Shown piece after piece: positions 51,037 to 61,590 of a stretch of 64,000 nt of DNA. The first letter of the stretch is position 1. Each line of letters starts with the position of its first letter. Position numbers and translations under genes: made by a program. This DNA comes from an uncultured Pseudomonadota bacterium. Lineage in GTDB: Bacteria > Pseudomonadota > Alphaproteobacteria > Rs-D84. The stretch spans positions 71,601 to 135,600 of the forward strand of contig CADBLE010000004.1 of assembly GCA_902795435.1 (NCBI GenBank), written 5' to 3'. The notes below the pieces were generated by a model, which was not told where the DNA came from, did no database searches, and worked only from the letters and a program-made list of their open reading frames with translations.

Positions 51037-53280
51037 TTATTTAGCCTTTTTTACAAATTTAGATGTATTTGGTTTTTTATTGTTTATTAAATTTATTGCT
51101 TCTTCTAGTGTTGGTTGTTCTTTCACAGAAACATTTACACGATTAGATGATAAATATGGACCATATCTGCCATCTGGATAATAATAAATTGGTTTATCTG
51201 TATCTGGATTTTTACCCAAAATAACAGGTTCTATTTTTTTATTTTTTTGTTCCAGTAATTCTTTCGCAATTTCAAGTGTTATTGTTTCCGCAGTATAATT
51301 TTTAGCAGGAACATTTTTTGCACCATCTGTAATATAAGGACCATATTTACCAATACGGAAAATTATATTATCACCCAAATCTTTTTCAGAATTATTTGTA
51401 TCTTTTTCAGGTATATTTTCAGGTATATCATTTGATAATTTTAATGTGTAATCACATGTTGGATAATTTACACAACCAACAAATGCACCGTATTTAGATA
51501 ACTTTAATCCTAATTTTCCACCACATTTTGGACATACATCTGAACCATCTTTGAATAAATGTTCATGCATAAATTCATTTATAGAATCTATGATATCAGA
51601 TGTTTTTATTTCTTTTGCAGAATTTATCATTTTGTTTGTAGGTGTCCAAAATGATTGCAATGATGATAATTTATCTTTTGTTCCGTTTGAAACATCATCG
51701 AGCGTATCTTCTGTTTTAGCAGTAAAATTCACATCAACCAATTCACTGAAATATTTTGCAAGATATGATACCAAAACCCAACCAGAAATTGTTGGATGAA
51801 AACGGTGCTGTTTATCTTGTTCAACATATTTTCTATCAACGATTGTTGACATAATTGTTGCGTATGTTGATGGACGACCAATACCTAATTCTTCCAATTT
51901 TTTAACAAGAGACGCTTCTGTAAATCTGGCAGGTGGTTGTGTGAAATGTTGTTCAGATTCAAGTGATTTAATTTCAATTTCATCATTTATATTTAATGAT
52001 GGTAATTTTACTTCATCACTTTCTTTTTCATCATCACTGTCTTCTATATAAACTTTCATAAAACCATCAAAAGTGCGTGTTGTTCCAACACAATGGAATA
52101 CTGCATTATTTACATCTATATCAACAGATACAGAATCAAATTCAGCATTACACATTTGACATGCAACAGTTCTTTTCCAAATCAAATTATACAATTTCAA
52201 TTCATCACCAGATAAATTTACATTTTGATTCAAGAAATGTGTTGGACGAATTGCTTCGTGTGCTTCCTGTGCATTTTTAGATTTTGTGATATAAATATTT
52301 GGTGTTTTTGGCAGGAATTTTTCACCATATTCTTTGTTGATATATTCACGAATTTCAGCAACCGCTTCGTTTGATAAATTTGTCGCATCAGTTCTCATAT
52401 AAGTAATAAAACCATGTTCATATAATTTTTGAGCGGTAGCCATTGTTCGTTTAGATGAAAAATATAATTTTCTGGCTGCTTCCTGTTGCAGTGTAGATGT
52501 TGTAAATGGTGCCGCCGCATGACGTTGTACTTTCTTTTTTTCAATATTAGAAACAATGCCATTTGTTGGTGTGTTGATAGAATTTACAATTTCATCAACC
52601 ATAGTTTTGTTTGCTATGGTCATTTTTTCTATCTTTTTACCGTTGTATTTTACAAGTGATGCCTTGAAATTAGTTTTGTCTTTGCCACAATTTGCATTTA
52701 CAGACCAATATTCAACAGGCTTGAAAACTTCTATTTCTTTTTCGCGGTCAACAACCAATTTAACAGCCACAGATTGAACACGACCTGCAGATTTACCAAG
52801 ATTTCTGCGCCATAATAATGGTGAAATTCCAAAACCAATTAAATAATCAAGTATTCTGCGAACAAGATATGCATCAACCAAATTATTATCTATTTCACGT
52901 GGATGTTTTAATGCTTCTATAATTGCATTTTTTGTAATTTCATGAAACGCAACACGATATACAGGTTTTCCGTCTAACACTTTGCGTGATGTTAAAATAT
53001 CATTTATATGCCATGCGATAGCTTCCCCTTCGCGGTCCGGGTCGGATGCAAGATATATTGCGTCTGCTTTCTTTAATTCGTCTGTGATAAGTTTTAATTG
53101 TTTTTCTTTTCCGTCCATAATTTTCCATTTTGGTGCAAAATCATGTTCTATATCAACAGAACCAGATTCAGGAACCAAATCACGAACATGTCCGATAGAT
53201 GCAACAACACGCCATGTATTACCAAGGTATTTTTCTATTGTTTTTGCTTTTGACGGAGATTCAACGATAAGTAAATTCAT
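51037..53280 (-). CDS. topA: DNA topoisomerase I
   Basis: MNLLIVESPSKAKTIEKYLG Toprim, the active-site region ...YITYMRTD... and C-terminal Zn-ribbons (CPKCGG...). Confidence 0.9.
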   Translation of the reverse strand: MNLLIVESPSKAKTIEKYLGNTWRVVASIGHVRDLVPESGSVDIEHDFAPKWKIMDGKEKQLKLITDELKKADAIYLASDPDREGEAIAWHINDILTSRKVLDGKPVYRVAFHEITKNAIIEALKHPREIDNNLVDAYLVRRILDYLIGFGISPLLWRRNLGKSAGRVQSVAVKLVVDREKEIEVFKPVEYWSVNANCGKDKTNFKASLVKYNGKKIEKMTIANKTMVDEIVNSINTPTNGIVSNIEKKKVQRHAAAPFTTSTLQQEAARKLYFSSKRTMATAQKLYEHGFITYMRTDATNLSNEAVAEIREYINKEYGEKFLPKTPNIYITKSKNAQEAHEAIRPTHFLNQNVNLSGDELKLYNLIWKRTVACQMCNAEFDSVSVDIDVNNAVFHCVGTTRTFDGFMKVYIEDSDDEKESDEVKLPSLNINDEIEIKSLESEQHFTQPPARFTEASLVKKLEELGIGRPSTYATIMSTIVDRKYVEQDKQHRFHPTISGWVLVSYLAKYFSELVDVNFTAKTEDTLDDVSNGTKDKLSSLQSFWTPTNKMINSAKEIKTSDIIDSINEFMHEHLFKDGSDVCPKCGGKLGLKLSKYGAFVGCVNYPTCDYTLKLSNDIPENIPEKDTNNSEKDLGDNIIFRIGKYGPYITDGAKNVPAKNYTAETITLEIAKELLEQKNKKIEPVILGKNPDTDKPIYYYPDGRYGPYLSSNRVNVSVKEQPTLEEAINLINNKKPNTSKFVKKAK

Positions 53281-53282
53281 TT

Positions 53283-54425
53283 CTAAAACCCTCTAGACGA
53301 TAATTGTTGGTCTTTGTGGATATGCGCATTTTGACATAAACCAAAGCCAAAAAGCAATGAAATCAAACTGCTGCCTCCAAAAGACATCAATGGTAAAGGA
53401 ACACCAACAGTTGGCATCAGTCCCAACACCATTGAGATATTTATAAAATAATAAACAAAAAAGTTCAACATAAAACCAAAACAAACCAATTGACCAAATC
53501 TGTTTCTGCATGTTTTTGATGCCCAAAACAGCATAATTACAATAAATGTATATATAGATAATAATAAAAACGCACCCATAAACCCAAATTCTTCGCCCAT
53601 CATTGTGAAAATAAAGTCAGTTTGTTTTTCAGGTAAAAATGATTGTTGGGATTGTGTCCCAGACATATAACCTTTGCCAATGATACCACCACTGCCGAAT
53701 GCTATTTTTGCCTGGTTTATTTGATAACCTGCACCACGTGGGTCGCTGTCTGGATTTAGAAATGTTATGACTCTGTCGCGTTGATAATCATGTAATGCAC
53801 CATACCAAACCGCAGGTGATATAATCAGACCTAATATAAATGCAATTAAAAACCATTTTTTATTTGCACCAACGATATAAAACATACCTAATGTTATCAA
53901 ACCAACAGATATCCCAGTCCCAAGGTCAGGTTGCAAAAATATAAATATAAACGGAATCACAAACAATAAAATTGGAACAATGTAATTTTTGAATTGGGAT
54001 AATTCAACACTGTTTTGCCATGCAAAATATCGTGCCAATGCCAATACCAACGCTATTTTTATAAATTCAGATGGTTGGATATTTATGAATCCTAAATTCA
54101 GCCACCTTTGTGCGCCCATACCAACATCACCAACAAAAGTTACAAGAATAATTAAAATCAACGCGATTGCATAAATGAAATAAGCAGATTTAATCCATGT
54201 TTTTATATTAGAAAATGCCACAATAAAAAATATAACCAAACCAAAAATCATTTTCATAATTTGTGACATTGCGTATGGAAACCATGAACCGCCACCCGCA
54301 CTGAATAAAACAATTATTGAAAATATTAAAACAACACACATAGGTATAAACAAAGACCATGAAAAACGTGAAAGTTTTTCACCAAATGTCATCATATTCG
54401 CATTAGATACACGTGTTGTTGCCAT
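53283..54425 (-). CDS. rodA: SEDS-family peptidoglycan glycosyltransferase RodA (MrdB)
   Basis: 380 aa with 10 TMs of FtsW/RodA type, directly downstream of PBP2. Confidence 0.8.
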   Translation of the reverse strand: MATTRVSNANMMTFGEKLSRFSWSLFIPMCVVLIFSIIVLFSAGGGSWFPYAMSQIMKMIFGLVIFFIVAFSNIKTWIKSAYFIYAIALILIILVTFVGDVGMGAQRWLNLGFINIQPSEFIKIALVLALARYFAWQNSVELSQFKNYIVPILLFVIPFIFIFLQPDLGTGISVGLITLGMFYIVGANKKWFLIAFILGLIISPAVWYGALHDYQRDRVITFLNPDSDPRGAGYQINQAKIAFGSGGIIGKGYMSGTQSQQSFLPEKQTDFIFTMMGEEFGFMGAFLLLSIYTFIVIMLFWASKTCRNRFGQLVCFGFMLNFFVYYFINISMVLGLMPTVGVPLPLMSFGGSSLISLLFGFGLCQNAHIHKDQQLSSRGF

Positions 54426-54426
54426 T

Positions 54427-56193
54427 TTATTTCAATAATTCCTTCATCATGTTTGCCGCTGCATGTGCCGCTGGGGACGAACCGCCTGCATGTTCCATTA
54501 TGACACATACTGCATATTTTGGATTATCAGTTGGTGCATAACCAACAAATAAACCATGATTTCTTAAATTCCATTTTAATTGTTCTGTGGTTAAAACACC
54601 GGTCTTGCGTTCTTGTTTAGAAATATTACGAACCTGGGATGTTCCGGTTTTACCACCCATCTTTTTACCATTTACATTTATTGCAGAACCAGATGCAGTT
54701 CCGCCCTTTTGTGTAACTTGTTCCAGACCAGTTAAAACATGTCTGATGTTTTTAGTTTGTAGACCAAGATTTCTGAAATTCTGTTTTTTATTTGTGTAAA
54801 TCAAATGTGGTTTTATTTCTTTATTAGATGCAACGCGTCCCATCATAACCGCCAATTGCAGACAATTTGTCAGAATAAATCCCTGGCCAATACCGGAAAT
54901 AATTGTATCACCATGAACCCATGATGCACCAACATTTCTTTCTTTCCATTTTCTGTCTGGAATAATACCAACCATTTCATGTGCCAAGACATCTTCCATA
55001 TATTTTTGATTTAACCCCAGTTTTAATGCCATAGATTTAATAGCGTCTATCCCGATACGCAAAGCCAACTGATAAAAATATATGTCACATGAATGTTTTA
55101 ATGCACCATATAAATCTACATAACCATGACCATGTTTTTCCCAACAATGATATTTATGGTCCCCATATTCCCAATATCCCGGACAAAATACTTTTTCTTT
55201 TGGTGTTATTGCGCCACTTTCCAATGCGGCCAACGCAACAACAATTTTGAATGTTGAACCCGGTGGATATAAACCTTCTATTGTTTTATTCATAAATGGT
55301 TTTGCAACGTCAGTCAACAGAGATGAAATATATTCTTCTGCGTCATCTGTCTTGAAATTATTTGGATCAAAACTTGGTGTAGATGCCATTGCCAAAATTG
55401 CACCGTTTTCTAAATCCAATGCGACACCACACCCCGCACGATTCATAGACAAAGAATCATATAAAACCTTTTGTACATTTTCACGAATAGTTGTTTTTAT
55501 ATTTTTACCAATAATTGGTGATATAAATTGAGATTTGTCTTCGCCAGTTATTCTGCCCACAGCGTTTGTAACCATAACTGTTTGTCCCGGGGTTCCCGCC
55601 ATATCATCATTATATCTTTTTTCAAGACCCGTAATACCAGTTGTAAAAAATGGATTATTTGGAACACTTTTCTTTGGTGCGCCAACATAACCAAATATTT
55701 GCGCACCCGCAGGCCCCAGTTCATAAGAACGCGAAAATCCATTGTTTATATGAATACCAGGTATGTTTTTTGCCGCCAAATTTGCAAGGGTTTCCCAATT
55801 AGAATTTTCGCTGATAAGGACGGGTTGAAACGCCTGTTGTTTTTTTATAGTTTTCCAAATTCTATCAACGGCCTTTTTACGCAGTTTTAATTCATTTGTT
55901 ATAAATTGAACCAAACTTGTTATATCATCTGTTTCTTCTGGTATAATATATATTCTGTAAATTGGAATATCTTGGGTAATAATAGAACCAGATTCAGATA
56001 ATATATTTCCTCTTTTTGGCATAGTTATTTGGACACGGAAAGAATTATTTTCACTTTTGCGATTATATTCATGATAGTTAAAAATCTGCATCTGTAACAT
56101 ACGCAAAACCAACAAAGAAGTAAGAACCGCCCCGCCCGTTAAAAACAAGGCACTGCGTCTGTCAAATGTTCTTGCTACTTCTGTGTCTATCAT
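54427..56193 (-). CDS. mrdA: penicillin-binding protein 2 (elongasome transpeptidase)
   Basis: Motifs STFK (…GSTFKIVVALAAL), SxN and KTG (GGKTGTSQ). Confidence 0.85.
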   Translation of the reverse strand: MIDTEVARTFDRRSALFLTGGAVLTSLLVLRMLQMQIFNYHEYNRKSENNSFRVQITMPKRGNILSESGSIITQDIPIYRIYIIPEETDDITSLVQFITNELKLRKKAVDRIWKTIKKQQAFQPVLISENSNWETLANLAAKNIPGIHINNGFSRSYELGPAGAQIFGYVGAPKKSVPNNPFFTTGITGLEKRYNDDMAGTPGQTVMVTNAVGRITGEDKSQFISPIIGKNIKTTIRENVQKVLYDSLSMNRAGCGVALDLENGAILAMASTPSFDPNNFKTDDAEEYISSLLTDVAKPFMNKTIEGLYPPGSTFKIVVALAALESGAITPKEKVFCPGYWEYGDHKYHCWEKHGHGYVDLYGALKHSCDIYFYQLALRIGIDAIKSMALKLGLNQKYMEDVLAHEMVGIIPDRKWKERNVGASWVHGDTIISGIGQGFILTNCLQLAVMMGRVASNKEIKPHLIYTNKKQNFRNLGLQTKNIRHVLTGLEQVTQKGGTASGSAINVNGKKMGGKTGTSQVRNISKQERKTGVLTTEQLKWNLRNHGLFVGYAPTDNPKYAVCVIMEHAGGSSPAAHAAANMMKELLK

Positions 56194-56642
56194 TTATTTA
56201 CCCATTTATCTAATGCAGTTATTGGTGTGTATAATACCCAAAACCAAATTGCCAACCATATATTATGTATTAAATTTAACCATGTAAAATTTGATACAGT
56301 CAAACCAAAAATTCCAAGACATATAAACACCATAAATACATTTATAGCATTATTGTCAGTGCGTGTTAAATCTATGAATTTTTGGAAACCGTTTATTGCA
56401 TAAAACAAACAAAACATAAAAGACCACAATAATGTTATATCACATCTGTAATCTATCAAGAAACAAAATAAAAAAGCATATAAACTGAAACCATTTGTTG
56501 GTTTTACAAAAGAATAATAAAATATTGGAATTAAAGCCAACATACCCGCTGGGTTCCAAAAAGATACTGATAAATACCATAAAAACAAGGTAATCAAAAA
56601 CGGAAAAGAATTTCTTAAAAATGTTTTCATTTCATATATCAT
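56190..56642 (-). CDS. mreD: rod shape-determining protein MreD
   Basis: 150-aa polytopic membrane protein located between mreC and mrdA. Confidence 0.6.
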   Translation of the reverse strand: MIYEMKTFLRNSFPFLITLFLWYLSVSFWNPAGMLALIPIFYYSFVKPTNGFSLYAFLFCFLIDYRCDITLLWSFMFCLFYAINGFQKFIDLTRTDNNAINVFMVFICLGIFGLTVSNFTWLNLIHNIWLAIWFWVLYTPITALDKWVNK

Positions 56643-57496
56643 TTATAAGAACCCTGATTTGTGTATTTTAATACCATAACCCTTGATATTTTATTTGGTG
56701 TCAATATATCAACAATTCCATTATCCGATGTTGTTCCAATATATATCCCAGATGGTAAAATACCACTGATATTACTGCTGATTACTTTCAACCCTTTTTG
56801 AGATTCAAATTTAGTATCATTGAAAAATCCAATGAAAGATTTGTTTTTGCCGTTTCCTTTTAAGAATCCAGAAATATCTGTTCCTGCAATTCGTACCGCC
56901 AGATTTGTATCAGAATCACTTAAAGAACGAACACGACAAAATTCAGAACCACAATCCATAATTGTGCCAACCAATCTGTTTTCAAATGAAACAACAACCA
57001 TACCTTTTTCCAGACCGTTTTTACGACCTTTATCTATCAAAAATGTAGAATGATAAAACGCAGAATCTTCAAATTGAATATTCGCAACCACCGCATCAAA
57101 TGGGGAATTTCTTTTAATGTTTAATTCGTGTTCTAATTTTTTGTTTTCTGCAATTGCAATATCACATTCGTTTTTTGATGCCTTGATTTGTGCCAGTTCT
57201 AATCTCAATTTTTCATTTTCAGAACGCAAATTTGCAGTTTCACGAACCCAATCAGCACTGTGTCCAATAGCACGAATTGGCCATGTAATTACCGCCCCAA
57301 CCGCATTTGCAACCGGTAAAACAATGTGTGCCATACCATTCATGATGGCATAATCTGGCTTTGCAACCATAATATATATTATAAAGATAGGTAAAGCGGC
57401 CGTTGCAATGGCGGATTTTATGATTTTTGATATTTTATAAGATAATTTGTCTTTGGTCATGAAAATTACTTTAATCAGAAAAAAGCGAAGATTCAA
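56639..57496 (-). CDS. mreC: rod shape-determining protein MreC
   Basis: N-terminal TM, a coiled coil (ENEKLRLELAQIKAS), a beta-rich C-terminal domain, and operon context. Confidence 0.7.
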   Translation of the reverse strand: MNLRFFLIKVIFMTKDKLSYKISKIIKSAIATAALPIFIIYIMVAKPDYAIMNGMAHIVLPVANAVGAVITWPIRAIGHSADWVRETANLRSENEKLRLELAQIKASKNECDIAIAENKKLEHELNIKRNSPFDAVVANIQFEDSAFYHSTFLIDKGRKNGLEKGMVVVSFENRLVGTIMDCGSEFCRVRSLSDSDTNLAVRIAGTDISGFLKGNGKNKSFIGFFNDTKFESQKGLKVISSNISGILPSGIYIGTTSDNGIVDILTPNKISRVMVLKYTNQGSYK

Positions 57497-57587
57497 TAAA
57501 AACTTGATTTTTCTTTTTTATCTGTCAAAATAGATTCAACCGAAATGGCAAGGCATTGCCACGAGGGTACAAAAAAAAGGATAAAAA

Positions 57588-57791
57588 ATGCCAAAAATGA
57601 AAACAAAATCTTATTTAAAGAAACGTGCATCCATGACTGCAACTGGAAAAATCCGTGTTGCAAGAAATGCTCACCATAAATGTCTGTTGCACAAATCCAA
57701 ACGCGCTAATAACGCTGGATCTAAACCACAGTACTTAAACGATAACATGATGGGTCAGGCTAAAATCTTGGCTCCATACGGTTTGAAATAA
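57588..57791 (+). CDS. rpmI: 50S ribosomal protein L35
   Basis: MPKMKTKSYLKKRASMTATGKIRVARNAHHK... Confidence 0.85.
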   Translation: MPKMKTKSYLKKRASMTATGKIRVARNAHHKCLLHKSKRANNAGSKPQYLNDNMMGQAKILAPYGLK

Positions 57792-57803
57792 TAGGGGGCA
57801 ATC

Positions 57804-58172
57804 ATGGCAAGAGTAAAACGCGGAACTACCGTTAAACAAAAACATAAGAAAATACTTGACCGTGCCAAGGGTTATTTGGCCCGTCATCATTCAACTTATC
57901 GTGCTGCACGTGAAAAAACTGAAAAAGCAGGACAATATGCATATCGTGACCGTCGTCAAAAGAAACGTGATTTTCGTTCTTTGTGGATTGTTCGTATCAA
58001 TGCCGCTGTTCGTGCTAACGGTTTGACTTACAGCCAATTTATGAATGGTTTGAAGAAAGCAGGTATATCATTGGACCGCAAAGTTTTGGCCCAAATGGCA
58101 TACGATGCTGATAAAAACTTCGACACATTGGTTGAAACAGCTAAACGATTTATTGCTGAATCTGCAAAATAA
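57804..58172 (+). CDS. rplT: 50S ribosomal protein L20
   Basis: [24 protein letters not shown]... Confidence 0.9.
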   Translation: MARVKRGTTVKQKHKKILDRAKGYLARHHSTYRAAREKTEKAGQYAYRDRRQKKRDFRSLWIVRINAAVRANGLTYSQFMNGLKKAGISLDRKVLAQMAYDADKNFDTLVETAKRFIAESAK

Positions 58173-58247
58173 TGCTATACGGCAATGATTTGTTTTGTCA
58201 TAATAAGGCCGTAGCAATACGGTCTTATTTATTTAAGCGGGGAAATT

Positions 58248-59201
58248 ATGAAAGATAAAATTAAAAATACATCATCACTTGAAGAATTACAGGAATTGTA
58301 TACTGCAACTTTCGGTAAAAACGGAACTATGACGGCTAAATTGAAAAATATGGCCAATTTATCCAATGAAGAAAGGGCTGTTGTAAATACTGAAAATGCA
58401 GAATTACGTCAATTATTCAAGGATAAACAAACTGAATTGGAAAATGCGGCATTAAACGCTAAATTAGCGACCGAATTTGTTGATGTCAGTTTAGATTGTG
58501 AACCTGAAAATCGTGGAACAATTCATCCTTTGACCCAGAGTTTCAAGGAAGTAGTCAGTATTTTTGAATCTTTGGGTTATACATTTATGGACGGTCCAGA
58601 AATTGAAGATGATTGGCATAATTTTACCGCATTAAATACACCTGATTATCACCCTGCCCGTGATATGCAGGATACATTCTTTTTGGAAAATGGTAATGTA
58701 ATGCGCACACAAACCAGTGCTGTTCAAATTCGAGCAATGGAAAAAATTGGTGCACCAATTAAAATGTTTACGGTTGGTCAATGTTACCGCAAAGAATTAG
58801 ACGCAACACATTCTGCTATGTTTGGTCAAATAGAAGGTTTATGTGTTGATAAAGTAGAAAAGAAAATAAATCTGTCTGATATGTTGGCAACCATGCGAAC
58901 ATTTGCATCAAAGTTTTTTGAGAAAGACAATGTAGAATTGCGTATACGCCCTTCTTATTTCCCATTTACAGAACCATCTATTGAAATAGATATGAAATTC
59001 GGGGATAAATGGATGGAATTGTTGTGTGGCGGTATGGTTCATCCAAATGTATTGAAAAATTGCAACATAGACCCAAATGAATATCAGGGTTTTGCATTTG
59101 GTTTTGGTTGGGCTAGACTTGCGATGGTTAAATATGGTTTGGACGATATCCGTGCATTTACTGATGGCGATATTCGTTGGTTGAAAAACAGTGGGTTTTA
59201 A
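58248..59201 (+). CDS. pheS: phenylalanine--tRNA ligase alpha subunit
   Basis: Class II motifs FRxE (CYRKE), ...GFAFGFGWARLAM... Confidence 0.85.
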   Translation: MKDKIKNTSSLEELQELYTATFGKNGTMTAKLKNMANLSNEERAVVNTENAELRQLFKDKQTELENAALNAKLATEFVDVSLDCEPENRGTIHPLTQSFKEVVSIFESLGYTFMDGPEIEDDWHNFTALNTPDYHPARDMQDTFFLENGNVMRTQTSAVQIRAMEKIGAPIKMFTVGQCYRKELDATHSAMFGQIEGLCVDKVEKKINLSDMLATMRTFASKFFEKDNVELRIRPSYFPFTEPSIEIDMKFGDKWMELLCGGMVHPNVLKNCNIDPNEYQGFAFGFGWARLAMVKYGLDDIRAFTDGDIRWLKNSGF

Positions 59202-59217
59202 TAAAAAGGTGTAAAAA

Positions 59218-61536
59218 ATGAAATGGTCTTATGAATGGTTAAAACAATATCTTGATACAGATTTAACACCTGAACAGATTGCTGATAAATTGACTGCTAT
59301 TGGGTTAGAGGTAGAAGATTTATGTGTGCCTGTATTACCAATTGCGGCAAAAATTGTTGAATGTGTTCCACATGAAAATTCTGACCATCTGCATGTGTTA
59401 AAGGTTGATGATGGAACCGGTAAATTACGTCAGGTTGTATGTGGTGCACCAAATGCACGCGTGGGTTTGGTTTCTGCGCTGGCATGTCCTGGTTGCAAGA
59501 TTGGGGACATTGTAATTCAATCTGGTAAATTACGTGGCGTTATGTCAGACGGTATGATGTGTTCTGGCAAAGAATTAGGAATCAATGATGACCACAGCGG
59601 TATTATTGAATTAGATGAAACAAAGGAAGTTATTGGTCAACCAATATCTGCGCTGGCGGGAACGGGTTCTGCGGTGCTGGAAACATCTATTACACCAAAT
59701 CGTCCTGATTATTTATCTGTGCGTGGTATTGCATTGGATTTAAGTGCGGCAGATGCGGGTAAATATATTGAAAATAAAATTGATTTAATTAAACCTGTTT
59801 CTGGGACAAGAAAAGTTCATTTATTGGCAGGGGACGCATGTAAAACATACCGTTTTTGTGAAATACATGGATTGAAAATGGCACAATCAAATCAAACAAT
59901 CCAGAATCGTTTGCACAGTGCTGGTATAAATCCAAAAAATGCTGCGATAGATGCAACAAATTATATTTGCTATGATTTGGCACAACCTATGCACTGTTTT
60001 GATGCAGATGAAATTGTTGGTGATATAACTGTTCGTATGGCAAAACCACAAGAAAAATTCACAGACCTGTTTGGAAACGAACATGAATTATGTGAAAAAG
60101 ATTTAGTTATTACTGATGATGCGGGTATTTTGGCTTTGGCTGGCGTTGTTGGTGGTATGCGTGCATCAACCACAAACGAAACAAAAAATATAATTTTGGA
60201 ATCTGCTTATTTTGATCCAGTATTCGTTCGTAAAACAGCAAAAAGATATGGTGTATCAACCGATTCTTCATATCGTTATGAACGCGGTATAGACCCAGAT
60301 GGCACATTAAAGGCATTGTCTTTTGCATCTGAAATCATCATGAAAGAATGTGGTGGTGAAATTGTGGGTGTTGGTGTTGCGGGTCGTGAAAATTATGTTC
60401 CAGAACCTGTGATTTATAACCCTGATTTGTTTGAACAAAAAACAGGTATTGAATTAGATTCTGAAACACAAAAGAAGATTTTAGAAAAATTACATTTCAA
60501 TATCGAACAATCGGGCAAAAATTGGATTATTACCCCAACATCTCAAAGGGTTGATATTGTTATTCCAGAAAATATAGTTTCTGAATTGGTTCGTATTTAT
60601 GGTTATGACAAAGTTGGTCTGGATTTAATCAAAGATACATCTGTAAATGTTAAACATAATGATGCGAATATATCTTTGAAACAAAAATTGGCAAATCGTG
60701 GTTTGAATGAATCTATAACTTTCGGTTTTGGTAATTCCAAAATTGAAAAATTATTATCAGATAAACCAATTATAAAAATTGCTAATCCAATTTTGGTTGA
60801 TATGGATACTGCCCGTAATAATTTGTTGGAAAATTTATTGGTCGCGGTTGCTAATAATGAAAAACGCGGTTTTGCTGATTTGAATATGTTTGAATTGGGA
60901 ACTGTATTTTATGGTGATAAACCTGGTGAACAACATACATCTATTTGTATTGTTCGTGTTGGTGAAACATCACCTAAACATTGGCAAAAACGTAATCGCA
61001 ACATAGATGTATTTGATGTGAAGGCAGATTTGATATCTCTGCTGGGGTCTCAAAAATACACAATTGAATCTGATAATGCACCACTTTGGGCACATCCGTA
61101 TGTTTATGGAAAAATTGTCCAGGGTAAAAAGATTCTTGGTGAATTTGGACAATTACATCCGTCCATCGCAAAACAATTACATATTAAAAACAAAGTATTT
61201 GTTGCAATGGTAGAAGATATAAACAATTTGCCACAAAACCCAAAAACAAAAAAGACACCTATCACAGAATTTATGCCAATTACACGTGATTTCGCATTTG
61301 TAGTTGATAGTAAATTCGCGGCTGAAAAAATTGTGAATACGGCATTATCTGCGGATTCCAGAATTTCAAATGCTGTGATATTTGATTCTTTTGATATGGG
61401 TGACGGACAAAAATCTGTCGCGTTTACAATAACAATATATCCTGAAAACAATATGGACGAATCAGAATTGTCCAAGATTCAGGAAACTGTTATTAAAAAC
61501 ATAGAATCAAAATGTGGCGCAAAATTGCGTGCATAA
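59218..61536 (+). CDS. pheT: phenylalanine--tRNA ligase beta subunit
   Basis: 772 aa with an N-terminal tRNA-binding domain (MKWSYEWLKQYLD...), B3/4 and B5 domains and a C-terminal FDX-ACB domain. Confidence 0.85.
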   Translation: MKWSYEWLKQYLDTDLTPEQIADKLTAIGLEVEDLCVPVLPIAAKIVECVPHENSDHLHVLKVDDGTGKLRQVVCGAPNARVGLVSALACPGCKIGDIVIQSGKLRGVMSDGMMCSGKELGINDDHSGIIELDETKEVIGQPISALAGTGSAVLETSITPNRPDYLSVRGIALDLSAADAGKYIENKIDLIKPVSGTRKVHLLAGDACKTYRFCEIHGLKMAQSNQTIQNRLHSAGINPKNAAIDATNYICYDLAQPMHCFDADEIVGDITVRMAKPQEKFTDLFGNEHELCEKDLVITDDAGILALAGVVGGMRASTTNETKNIILESAYFDPVFVRKTAKRYGVSTDSSYRYERGIDPDGTLKALSFASEIIMKECGGEIVGVGVAGRENYVPEPVIYNPDLFEQKTGIELDSETQKKILEKLHFNIEQSGKNWIITPTSQRVDIVIPENIVSELVRIYGYDKVGLDLIKDTSVNVKHNDANISLKQKLANRGLNESITFGFGNSKIEKLLSDKPIIKIANPILVDMDTARNNLLENLLVAVANNEKRGFADLNMFELGTVFYGDKPGEQHTSICIVRVGETSPKHWQKRNRNIDVFDVKADLISLLGSQKYTIESDNAPLWAHPYVYGKIVQGKKILGEFGQLHPSIAKQLHIKNKVFVAMVEDINNLPQNPKTKKTPITEFMPITRDFAFVVDSKFAAEKIVNTALSADSRISNAVIFDSFDMGDGQKSVAFTITIYPENNMDESELSKIQETVIKNIESKCGAKLRA

Positions 61537-61555
61537 AATAAAAAAATGACTGATA

Positions 61556-61590
61556 AAAAAGACCCAAATTTTTGGGTCTTTTTTTATTCT
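61556..61590. terminator. bidirectional intrinsic terminator (agacccaaatttttgggtct)
   Basis: Lies between the convergent pheT and accC genes. Confidence 0.6.
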